Positions 1 to 7,178 of a stretch of DNA of 21,008 nt are shown here, in pieces. The notes beneath the pieces were generated by a model that did not search any database, was not told where the DNA came from, and was given only the letters and a program-made list of their open reading frames with translations. Positions within the stretch are counted from its first letter, which is position 1. Every line of letters starts with the position of its first letter. The position numbers and the translations under genes were made by a program. Source of the stretch: a virus (lineage: Duplodnaviria > Heunggongvirae > Uroviricota > Caudoviricetes); IMG/VR virus record IMGVR_UViG_2671180458_000004. The stretch is one strand, 5' to 3'.

Positions 1-25
1 CGGGTTTGATAAAGATGGTTTTCAT
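1..25 (-). CDS. 5' end of the next late gene (runs out of window; Mu gp38 position)
   Basis: ATG at 25-23 directly abuts the stop (28-26) of the upstream ORF. GGAGG lies about 8 nt upstream on the minus strand. It reads MKTIFIKP and then the window ends. Confidence 0.4.
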
Positions 26-586
26 TTACAGTTCCTCCGGCGGTTCGACCGCCGTTGTCGTGTTCCCCGGCAAATCAATATGTGCCTCAAACGGCGGCGT
101 ACCGGGCGGCTCCACAAAGGTTTCGTAATGACGCAGGAAGTCGTCCAGCGAGCTGATATCGGTCAGCGGTGCGATCATTTCCTCGCAGGAGAAATAAAGC
201 GCATACATCACCGCACCACTGTCCGCCTGGGTTTCGGTGTAACCGTTGACCGCCTTTTCAAAGTAAAGCGGTGAGGTTTTTTCTGTTCTGAAGCCGTTAA
301 GTACGGCGATCAGCCGGGCCACAATCTGATACAGTCCGGGACGGCTGGCCTCACGCCCGTTGAGCATGTCGCCGATGACGTAGAACACCCAGTGACTGAC
401 CAGGCGACCACGGGTACGGCCTTCACCGGCACCCAGCCAGGCAACGTAGATCGCCGGGGCGTTAATCAGCATGGTGCGCAGTACGCTGTCGCTCCAGTCG
501 CCGGGATGCGTGTCAACAGACACCAGTTCATTCCCGAAATACTCACGGATACGGGCGATGTATGCCTGTTCGGTTTCCGTAATCAT
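26..586 (-). CDS. Mu gp37-like head-tail joining/neck protein (DUF1834-type)
   Basis: 186-aa ORF whose start overlaps the upstream stop by 4 nt. It sits directly after the gp36-like gene as in Mu. The N-terminus MITETEQAYIARIREYFG...THPGDW resembles the Mu gp37 family from memory. Confidence 0.7.
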   Translation of the reverse strand: MITETEQAYIARIREYFGNELVSVDTHPGDWSDSVLRTMLINAPAIYVAWLGAGEGRTRGRLVSHWVFYVIGDMLNGREASRPGLYQIVARLIAVLNGFRTEKTSPLYFEKAVNGYTETQADSGAVMYALYFSCEEMIAPLTDISSLDDFLRHYETFVEPPGTPPFEAHIDLPGNTTTAVEPPEEL

Positions 587-1002
587 ATGAAGCCCTTCTG
601 GTTGCGCCCGAATACCGCTGCATCAGACTGAACCTGTGGTAAATCCCCGGATTCAGGGGCCGCACCGTTCGTATCCACACCGACCGGCACATTGCCGTTC
701 ATGACATCTTTCAGCCAGGCCAGCGCCTCACGGTAACGGTCACGCGCCTGATCGGAGGCTCGCTGATCGCACAGGTAATAAAAGGCAATCGCACAACAGT
801 GCTGAACAAGAACAGCCGGGATAACCTCCAGCGGCAGCGTGTAACGGGCGGACAGATAGCTGTCGATAAGGGCTGACGCATCTGTCAGCGCCCGGTTCAG
901 CTTGCGCGTGTCCGGCTCATCCGAACGGGGCACAGCCAGTAACGGCCTGAGCAAATCCTCGCGGTAACGCGCCCGCATATCGGTTTCAGTGGCGTAATTC
1001 AT
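583..1002 (-). CDS. Mu gp36-like head completion protein (DUF1320-type)
   Basis: 139-aa ORF with 4-nt overlaps at both ends. Its position after gp35 matches Mu. The family call is from memory of the DUF1320/Mu gp36 sequence style (ATETDMRARY...LL). Confidence 0.7.
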   Translation of the reverse strand: MNYATETDMRARYREDLLRPLLAVPRSDEPDTRKLNRALTDASALIDSYLSARYTLPLEVIPAVLVQHCCAIAFYYLCDQRASDQARDRYREALAWLKDVMNGNVPVGVDTNGAAPESGDLPQVQSDAAVFGRNQKGFI

Positions 1003-1370
1003 GCGCGGGCCTTTTTCGCCTGTTTCGCTTTGTTACCGGTCTTTTTCCGGGGAGCATCCTGTCCGGCTTCGGCTTCGGCTTCGGCTTCGGCTAAATCTGT
1101 ACCGGCCACTGCATGAACCACACCCGCCACGCTCCCCGCATCATCAGCAGGCGTCTGTAGTATTCGCACAGTGAGGCATGGCTCCGCCTCCAGTCGGGCA
1201 AGCTGCTCCGGGGTGACCTCAACCTGCTGACGTCCACGCGTGAACAGGAACCCCGCACGACGAAACGCCGAACGACTGCAACGCACTTCTGCCAGCACCG
1301 TGACAGAATTGTCACCACTGACCTGAAGACCTGAATCATCTGTTGCTGCCACAGTGTGATGTTCATTCAT
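999..1370 (-). CDS. Mu gp35-position small head-associated protein with (Ala-Glu)4 repeat and Lys-rich tail
   Basis: 123-aa ORF immediately downstream of the major head gene, with GGAGGG upstream of the ATG. The C-terminus reads AEAEAEAEAGQDAPRKKTGNKAKQAKKARA. Confidence 0.7.
   Translation of the reverse strand: MNEHHTVAATDDSGLQVSGDNSVTVLAEVRCSRSAFRRAGFLFTRGRQQVEVTPEQLARLEAEPCLTVRILQTPADDAGSVAGVVHAVAGTDLAEAEAEAEAGQDAPRKKTGNKAKQAKKARA
1065..1092. repeat. Tandem hexanucleotide repeat (GGCTTC)x4 plus a partial unit
   Basis: Read directly: ggcttc ggcttc ggcttc ggcttc ggct. On the minus strand it encodes the in-frame AEAEAEAE tract of the 123-aa ORF. Confidence 0.9.
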
Positions 1371-1385
1371 ATTTGCCCTCCGCAG

Positions 1386-1408
1386 GGGCCGGGCCGTAAG
1401 CCCGGCTC
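1386..1408 (-). promoter_or_regulatory. GC-rich stem-loop between the major head gene and the downstream gene
   Basis: gccgggc (1388-1394) and gcccggc (1400-1406) are perfect complements with a 5-nt loop. No U-tract follows on the minus strand, so this is more likely an RNA-stability or attenuating hairpin than a full terminator. Confidence 0.4.
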
Positions 1409-1413
1409 ACCGT

Positions 1414-2361
1414 TTACAGATAATCCGCGACAACCAGCTCCAGCTTGCCCTTCATCTCGTTAGAGACGGTTGCGTTTCCGTCTGCGAACAGTTCACGCTC
1501 CAGCAACTGCACCGCCTGTTTTTCCAGCGAGGTGGGGACAACAATATGGGTGGGTTTAATGCCGAGTTTGCGGCCACCGTCAGCGGTAAATTCGCGCATG
1601 GCTGACCAGCCGTGCCACAGTGCATCCAGCGTCAGCGGTGACTGCATCATGTAGGCCATCTGCCAGAAGCCGTAGCCCACATTGCGACGGGCGGATGCAC
1701 CAAACACAAATTCGTTATCGGTGAATGCGCGACCTTCATCGACTTTGGTCTGGGCAACCAGTTCAGCCTTACGGCGATCCTGATAAATCAGCGGTTTTAC
1801 CGCGCGTGAACAGTCAAGCAGATACCAGGCCGGACCGCTGTAATCCGCCTGTGCGCCGACAGAGCCGGTTTTTGCCACAAACATATTGCTGACCATCTGC
1901 GCATCCCCGGAGCCATCCACTTTGGGGTAAACCGGATGTTCGGTATCAAAGAAGTTCTGACCGTCATAGCAGGCCGCACTGATCCCGTCACGCAGGGCAG
2001 CAAAGACCAGCTCATCCGGTTGTACCGCCGCAGCGCGCCCCATCTCCTGAAACAACGGGGAATAAATACCGAGGTTGTCGTCTTCGAAGTCATCGCGGCT
2101 AATGGCGACAGTGCCTTCAAAAGTTTTGTTCACGATGGCATAGCCATAGGCTTTCATCTTCTCGATGACGCGGGAGCCGATCCACTCACGGAACTGCGGG
2201 AACTGCCCCAGCCAGCCGTAGGTGTTGGATTTCGAGGTGGAGGGCACGGTCATCGCAATTTTTTTGTACTGCGACGGGGCCATGGACATCCCGGCCTGAA
2301 AATCAGAACGGTAGCCCGTCATCAGGGCGGTGATCATCGCCGGTGTAATCGGGGTAGGCAT
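1414..2361 (-). CDS. T: Major head (capsid) subunit, Mu gpT family
   Basis: 315-aa ORF. The N-terminus MPTPITPAMITALMTGYRSDFQ...YGWLGQFPQFREWIGSR matches the Mu T / Mu-like prophage major head subunit family from memory. It lies directly after the I protease/scaffold gene. Confidence 0.9.
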   Translation of the reverse strand: MPTPITPAMITALMTGYRSDFQAGMSMAPSQYKKIAMTVPSTSKSNTYGWLGQFPQFREWIGSRVIEKMKAYGYAIVNKTFEGTVAISRDDFEDDNLGIYSPLFQEMGRAAAVQPDELVFAALRDGISAACYDGQNFFDTEHPVYPKVDGSGDAQMVSNMFVAKTGSVGAQADYSGPAWYLLDCSRAVKPLIYQDRRKAELVAQTKVDEGRAFTDNEFVFGASARRNVGYGFWQMAYMMQSPLTLDALWHGWSAMREFTADGGRKLGIKPTHIVVPTSLEKQAVQLLERELFADGNATVSNEMKGKLELVVADYL

Positions 2362-3494
2362 TATTGCATTTCCTCTTTCATTTTCAGGAACTCGGCTTCG
2401 GTTTTACCCAGCAGATGGGCAGCGGCGATATCTTCAGCCGACAGCGCAGCGGTGGCAGTCTTTTTATCCGGCACGGTCACGGTGTCGGTCTGAAGGCCGG
2501 TCAGGGCCGCAACCGGCTGTCGGGCGTCAAGCTGTGCAGAAAGTGCCGCAACACCAATCTGCCCACCCAGTTGTTCCAGATAGCCGCGTTCGCTTTTGAA
2601 GATGCGCCCTTCGGATTCAGCCTTGTCCAGCACCTGCTCCAGTGTGGTGCTGCCGTGCTGTGCCGACAGCGCAACGTATTCGGTACGCAGGGCGTTATAC
2701 GTTTCAACGGGCACGTATTTCGTCAGATCAATACTGCCTCCAGCCGGTGTGCCTTTTGCGGTTTCCAGCTCTGCCGACAGACTGGCGACCTGTGTTTTCA
2801 GGTTGTCGTGTGCATCCGCACGGGTTTTGATCCCGGTGAGTGCAGACAGCGCCGCCGTGCCCAGCTCCGGCGTAAATTCGTCACCGTCAGCCACGGTCAG
2901 ACCGAGCGCCGTCAGCAACTGGCGTAATTGCTCATTCATGGGGTGTTGCTCCTGAGAAGGGGAAACTACATAGAGATCGTCAGCACTGAGTGCTGCGACA
3001 GGGTTCATACCCGTAATACCTGGATCATTCGTCAGGGAAGCCATGCGCAACAGGTAGGGTTCCCCGGTGTCAGCGAAATAATGCATATACGCAGACAGAT
3101 AGGCATATTCACGGTCATCAATATGTTTTTGGGCCTGCGGCGTCCATTCAGGTTTAATGAAAATCCCCTGACCCTCACGCCATTCGATGTTTTCCGGCTT
3201 AACCCAACCTGCGGCAATGGCCTTAAATCCGTTTTTCTGCGCATTCATGGAGTGATGGTCATAATCAATCAGTAACGGCTGATTCAGGGCGGAAAGCCCG
3301 GCTTTCATCCGGTTGCAGGCGGATTCGTTAATCAGCCAGCCTTCAGCCGGTTTTTCCGGGCGACCGTCACGGGCCTTTACCCTGCCTGCTGGCAGTAACT
3401 GACACCATCCGTCGCCGGATGCAGTCAGCGAAGCTGAAAGCACGGCTAAACCAGAGGGGCGATTTGCGTCTTTTGGGTGATTTTCTGTCTTCAT
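2361..3494 (-). CDS. I: Head maturation protease / scaffold, Mu gpI family (probably with a nested C-terminal scaffold product as in Mu I/Z)
   Basis: 377-aa ORF between the G-like and T-like genes. The N-terminal region (WCQLLPAGRVKARDGRP...LLIDYDHHS) is typical of the Mu I family. The Ala/Leu/Glu-rich C-terminal half looks like scaffold. The nested product is inferred from Mu. Confidence 0.85.
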   Translation of the reverse strand: MKTENHPKDANRPSGLAVLSASLTASGDGWCQLLPAGRVKARDGRPEKPAEGWLINESACNRMKAGLSALNQPLLIDYDHHSMNAQKNGFKAIAAGWVKPENIEWREGQGIFIKPEWTPQAQKHIDDREYAYLSAYMHYFADTGEPYLLRMASLTNDPGITGMNPVAALSADDLYVVSPSQEQHPMNEQLRQLLTALGLTVADGDEFTPELGTAALSALTGIKTRADAHDNLKTQVASLSAELETAKGTPAGGSIDLTKYVPVETYNALRTEYVALSAQHGSTTLEQVLDKAESEGRIFKSERGYLEQLGGQIGVAALSAQLDARQPVAALTGLQTDTVTVPDKKTATAALSAEDIAAAHLLGKTEAEFLKMKEEMQ

Positions 3495-3669
3495 ACCGGC
3501 AGCATAAGCCGGGAATTTTCAGGGCGGGTTTTGCGGGATTTCAGGAAGTATTTTCAGGGAAAAATGCAAAGGCGCTTCACGCAGATTTTAAAGCCCGTTA
3601 AATACAGGTTAGAAAATCACGACACGCGCCTGAAGGGGGTAAGGTAATGCATTTGCATACCTTAAACAA
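3495..3669 (-). promoter_or_regulatory. G-I intergenic region: candidate late promoter (Mu P_I position) and candidate strong gyrase site position
   Basis: 175-nt non-coding spacer in an otherwise overlapping operon. It holds an imperfect hairpin at 3641-3663 (aaggtaatgca tt tgcatacctt). Three copies of aTTTTCAGGg-like repeats sit at 3514-3524, 3537-3546 and 3549-3560. A 5-bp hairpin (ccggc/gccgg, 3497-3513) lies just before the I start codon. In Mu, both P_I and the central SGS map between G and I. Confidence 0.45.
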
Positions 3670-4143
3670 TTAAGGCGTTTCTGTGGCCTTTTTAAAGCGT
3701 TTTCTGATTTCGTCCATGATCTCCTGCTCTGCCACCTGATCAAAGCCCATATACGGGCGTGCACCAATGGCCGCCGGTCCCGGTGGCATACCGGGCAGGC
3801 CACCCCACTGATGAATGGCCGCATAAGGCTCATTTGATCCAATCAGCGCCCAGGTGTCGCCATAATCCGTGGTCAGGCGTCGGGCCAGATCGCCGTTCAG
3901 CGTCAGGATTTTGCCGGGCATGTATCCCTTACGGGTACGCCACTTGCGGTAAGGATCTGACCAGTCATGCCAGCGTTCGCCGTCCGGCTCTTTTTCCTGT
4001 TCAAACGCCATTTCTGAGGATGACAGAAGGCTGGACGCCACACTGCGGGCCAGGTCTTTTCCGCCACCCACAAACTGAAGCCGGGCAAAGACCCGCTGGA
4101 GACGCGTAACGTCAACAACGACAGCGGCATCAATGGATGACAT
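3670..4143 (-). CDS. G: Virion morphogenesis protein, Mu gpG family
   Basis: 157-aa ORF with GGAGG 6 nt upstream of the ATG. The sequence ...WHDWSDPYRKWRTRKGYMPGKILTLNGDLARRL...PYAAIHQWGG is typical of the Mu G / phage virion morphogenesis family. Synteny is F-G-I. Confidence 0.85.
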   Translation of the reverse strand: MSSIDAAVVVDVTRLQRVFARLQFVGGGKDLARSVASSLLSSSEMAFEQEKEPDGERWHDWSDPYRKWRTRKGYMPGKILTLNGDLARRLTTDYGDTWALIGSNEPYAAIHQWGGLPGMPPGPAAIGARPYMGFDQVAEQEIMDEIRKRFKKATETP

Positions 4144-4181
4144 ATTGCCTCCGCATAAAGGATGAATATAAAATAAACAGG

Positions 4182-4264
4182 CGGTCAGTGTACGCTTAAC
4201 TGGTAAAGTCGGTGCCTGCCTCCGGGTGGATCATGTATGCGGGTTCGACCCCCGCCACTGACCG
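4182..4264 (+). other. tRNA-like structured element in the F-G spacer (not a canonical tRNA)
   Basis: A perfect T-arm, GCGGG-TTCGACC-CCCGC (4239-4255), is directly followed by a strand (4256-4264) that pairs with 4182-4190 over 9 bp. U8/A9-like TA follows the 5' strand. The D-arm is plausible, CGCT/GTCG with one mismatch and a GG-containing loop (4193-4211). No 5-bp anticodon stem with U33 can be drawn in 4212-4238. Confidence 0.3.
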
Positions 4265-5596
4265 TTAATCAATATCTCCTTCCAGTACCTCAAGCATTCC
4301 GCCCCGGATATCCGATTTCAGCTTATCCATATTGATAACCCGGTAAGCATTCACAATCACATCCAGTTTATCCGGCTGACGCTTCAGGCTGTACGGCGCA
4401 TTAACGGCAATCTGCACACTGCCATCCTTACTTTCCACGATATACATCAGATTGTTGTGGCGTTTATCCCACAGTACCGCTTTTGGCGCGGCCAGCATTG
4501 CCGGTAATCGCCCGAAATCCTCCGGCGTCAGGGCGATACCGTCATTCTGATGTTTCATGCTGTCCGCATGGAGCACATTTTTACCGCTCATCGCCAGCAG
4601 GCGGGCCGGTGGCGTTCCCGTCCGGCTTTCCACCGCCTGCGCAATGCTTTCGGTCATAAAGCCCAGCGTGCGGATATCGTTACCGCCTCGCCGGGTTTTC
4701 ATGATGTTTTTTGCCCAGATGCGAAATGCCAGCTGCCGCTCCGGGCTGTTGTTCATCTCCTGAACCACCATTTCCCGTAACGCCGGGCTTTTCACTTCGA
4801 TCAGCTTGCGGATCAGCGCCTGGTCTGTGCCGAACGCCGCCGAACCGGGGTTATATGACCAGCCCACATCCGGTGTCATGGTTCTGGTGCCATCTGAATA
4901 TGTGGTCACCGGCATTTCTCTGACTTCTCCGGTCTGCTTATCCACGCCAGCCTCAACATTGCGGGTGGAGAGATGATCCTGACCGGATGAAACAGACAGC
5001 CCCATCGCATCCAGACGGGCCTGAGACAATGGCCGGACACGGCAGCGACAGTTCCAGCCATTGGGCGGGTAGTGTGTATTCCAGAACGGATCGTCATAGC
5101 GGAATACCAGCCCGTTAAGGGCGGAATGTGCCGGGCGGGTGCGGCTGTCCATCACCGCCACATACTGCCAGAACGGATGCGTGTCCGTGTTGTTCATCAT
5201 CTGCGTGTAACGCCCGGCATTGTAAGCCACACGGGTGTTCACGTTGTAAATCAGCGCCAGACGGCGGGGACTGCCCAGCTGCACTTCTTCCGCGTTACCG
5301 GCACTGTCCACCACAATCTGTTTTCCCCACCATCCCAGCTTTTGCAGGCGGGGTGTCAGCGTGCGAATAAATGCTTTCTGTGAAATCCCCTCATCAACAG
5401 CACGCTGCACTTCCGCCTGTAGTGTGGTCAGTACGTCCAGGCGTGCCACTTTTGCCGCCGTGAATGAACGGGCATGAACATCCGCGTCTGTTTCGAACCA
5501 GTTCCAGCTGATATGCGCCCCTTTGGCGCGGAAGTATGCCACCGCCTCTTTTGAGGCAAGTGTGGCGGCATAACCTAAATCAATCCCCTGTGCCAT
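4265..5596 (-). CDS. F: Head morphogenesis protein, Mu gpF (SPP1 gp7) family
   Basis: 443-aa ORF after the portal gene. It contains the family hallmark PFWQYVAVMDSRTRPAHSALNGLVFRYDDPFWNTHYPPNGWNCRCRVRPL. Confidence 0.9.
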   Translation of the reverse strand: MAQGIDLGYAATLASKEAVAYFRAKGAHISWNWFETDADVHARSFTAAKVARLDVLTTLQAEVQRAVDEGISQKAFIRTLTPRLQKLGWWGKQIVVDSAGNAEEVQLGSPRRLALIYNVNTRVAYNAGRYTQMMNNTDTHPFWQYVAVMDSRTRPAHSALNGLVFRYDDPFWNTHYPPNGWNCRCRVRPLSQARLDAMGLSVSSGQDHLSTRNVEAGVDKQTGEVREMPVTTYSDGTRTMTPDVGWSYNPGSAAFGTDQALIRKLIEVKSPALREMVVQEMNNSPERQLAFRIWAKNIMKTRRGGNDIRTLGFMTESIAQAVESRTGTPPARLLAMSGKNVLHADSMKHQNDGIALTPEDFGRLPAMLAAPKAVLWDKRHNNLMYIVESKDGSVQIAVNAPYSLKRQPDKLDVIVNAYRVINMDKLKSDIRGGMLEVLEGDID

Positions 5597-7178
5597 CCAG
5601 CATCCCCTTCATTTCCGCAGCAAACATGGCATCACTGAGCAGCGTCATCAGGCGGGAATCATCCATTTCACGGTAAAGGGCAGGCAGGTCTGCCAGTGCC
5701 TCCGCCAGCCCCCGCGTTCTGATGGCATCAATGACCGGCTCCAGTACCGGGTCGATGGCCTCCTGTAACCGACGGGCAGGCACCGCATCCCCCATGTCGT
5801 CCAGTTCATCTCGGGGGCTGCTCTTCGCTTCCGGCAGTCTGGCAGCCAGCGCTGTCTGCTCTGTCTTCTCCTGTTTTTCCGGTGGCATCTCTTTGTCTGT
5901 CTGAGCAGGTTCATTGCCACTCTGACGGACACGGAAGATGGCTTCGCCGGGCGTGGGCTGCGGAATACCCGTCTGCTCACGTATCCAGGGATCAGAAATA
6001 TCCATCCCCGTACTGAGCTGCATCACCGCACTGGTGATTTTGGTGATATCCCCCGGCTCTTTTGTCTGGAAACAGATACGCGGCAGGCGACGGATATCTA
6101 TGGCGTGGGCGGTGTTCAGGGCATACAGCGGATACACCAGATCGCGGTTCAGCGTGGCGGCCAGCTGACGTAAATCAGAATCCCTGATTTCCCGGCGCAC
6201 CTCGTTATGCACTTCACCCAGCGAGCGCGCGCCCTTGTCTCCGGCTTCCGTGGTCAGCGTGCCGCCGAGGATAGCTTTGGAGATGGAACGCTCCCCCCAC
6301 GAAATCATGGTTTCAAACGGATCGGCCTGACCGTTCGCTGCCGCCTGAAACTCCAGCGACATCCCGGCCGGGATGATCCCGCCTGTACGTCGCCCGATAT
6401 CCATCACCGCCCGCATCAGGGCGCTTTTCTGCTCCGGTGTTGCCCCGGACGGGTATTTACCGACCTTCATCGGCAGGCCGTACACCTCCAGAAATTCAGC
6501 CAGATCGCGCACGGAATAGTTTTTGAAAATGAACGGCCAGATAAGCGTTCTGACAAGCCCCGTCGCACCACCGTATCCAGTGCGTGAACGCGACTGATGC
6601 ACTATCCAGCCAAAGGGCTGAAACGCCACCCCGGCATGGCTGCCGTCACGCAGCCGCAGTTCGCTCAAATCATCCGGGTTAAGGCAGAAATGCCCGCTGT
6701 CACGCCAGCGGATGGCGCGGATGATGTGCATTTTACCGAGCATCCCGTGCTCAATCTCCATACAGGAATAGCCCTTCAGGATGGCATCGGTGGCATCAAA
6801 CAGCATGGCATCAAACCAGTCGGCGGAATGAAGATATTCGTCGAGCATTTCCGCGTCCTTTTTCTCATTCGCGCTGGCGTTCGGTGGCGGCTCAATACTC
6901 CAGGGCACGCCCTGAATGGCAAGACGTCGCTTGCCCAGCTCTGCAAAAAGGTGGGTATCCTTTTCTTCAATGTCAGCGGCCAGATCGGACTGGGCAATCA
7001 GATCGCCACGTTCAGCCCCGCGAAGGCACTGCGCCGCCCGGTTCGGGGTGATACCCGAGGCCGGATGTTCAATATAACGGCTGGCAATCTGCGGAATATC
7101 CAGCACGGCACTCTGCATCTCCGGATCAAAGGAGAAAGGTTTTCCGTCAAGATCAATTATGCGTCCCACTACCAGCAC
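5580..7178 (-). CDS. H: Portal protein, Mu gpH/gp29 family (DUF935-type)
   Basis: 532-aa ORF between the large terminase and the F-like gene. Size and position match the Mu portal. Its start overlaps the terminase gene end by 10 nt. Confidence 0.85.
   Translation of the reverse strand: MLVVGRIIDLDGKPFSFDPEMQSAVLDIPQIASRYIEHPASGITPNRAAQCLRGAERGDLIAQSDLAADIEEKDTHLFAELGKRRLAIQGVPWSIEPPPNASANEKKDAEMLDEYLHSADWFDAMLFDATDAILKGYSCMEIEHGMLGKMHIIRAIRWRDSGHFCLNPDDLSELRLRDGSHAGVAFQPFGWIVHQSRSRTGYGGATGLVRTLIWPFIFKNYSVRDLAEFLEVYGLPMKVGKYPSGATPEQKSALMRAVMDIGRRTGGIIPAGMSLEFQAAANGQADPFETMISWGERSISKAILGGTLTTEAGDKGARSLGEVHNEVRREIRDSDLRQLAATLNRDLVYPLYALNTAHAIDIRRLPRICFQTKEPGDITKITSAVMQLSTGMDISDPWIREQTGIPQPTPGEAIFRVRQSGNEPAQTDKEMPPEKQEKTEQTALAARLPEAKSSPRDELDDMGDAVPARRLQEAIDPVLEPVIDAIRTRGLAEALADLPALYREMDDSRLMTLLSDAMFAAEMKGMLDGTGD

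Noticed and set aside
1091-1366. 91-aa minus-strand ORF overlapping 999-1370 in another frame
   Set aside because: It is entirely nested within the better-supported 123-aa gene, which has the RBS and the synteny. Its product is Arg/Trp/Cys-rich and looks spurious.
1936-2493. Plus-strand ORFs throughout the high-GC region (for example 1936-2493, 2364-2927, 6597-7196, 8912-9505, 19608-20105)
   Set aside because: All lie antisense to long minus-strand genes with recognisable phage functions. Their products are Arg/Ser/Ala/Cys-rich low-complexity sequences, typical of shadow ORFs in GC-rich DNA. They lack start contexts.
3495-3669. Anti-CRISPR/aca operon at the G-protease junction, as in Pseudomonas Mu-like phages
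   Set aside because: No ORF longer than ~13 codons with a plausible start exists on the minus strand in this spacer.
3609-3842. 77-aa minus-strand ORF overlapping the 3' end of G
   Set aside because: It is out of frame with the well-supported G-family gene and its product has no features. Only its last 16 codons fall in the intergenic region.
4184-4262. Canonical tRNA gene call
   Set aside because: The acceptor stem, T-arm and D-arm can be drawn. No 5-bp anticodon stem with a 7-nt loop and U33 exists in 4212-4238, and no CCA is encoded. It is reported only as a tRNA-like element.
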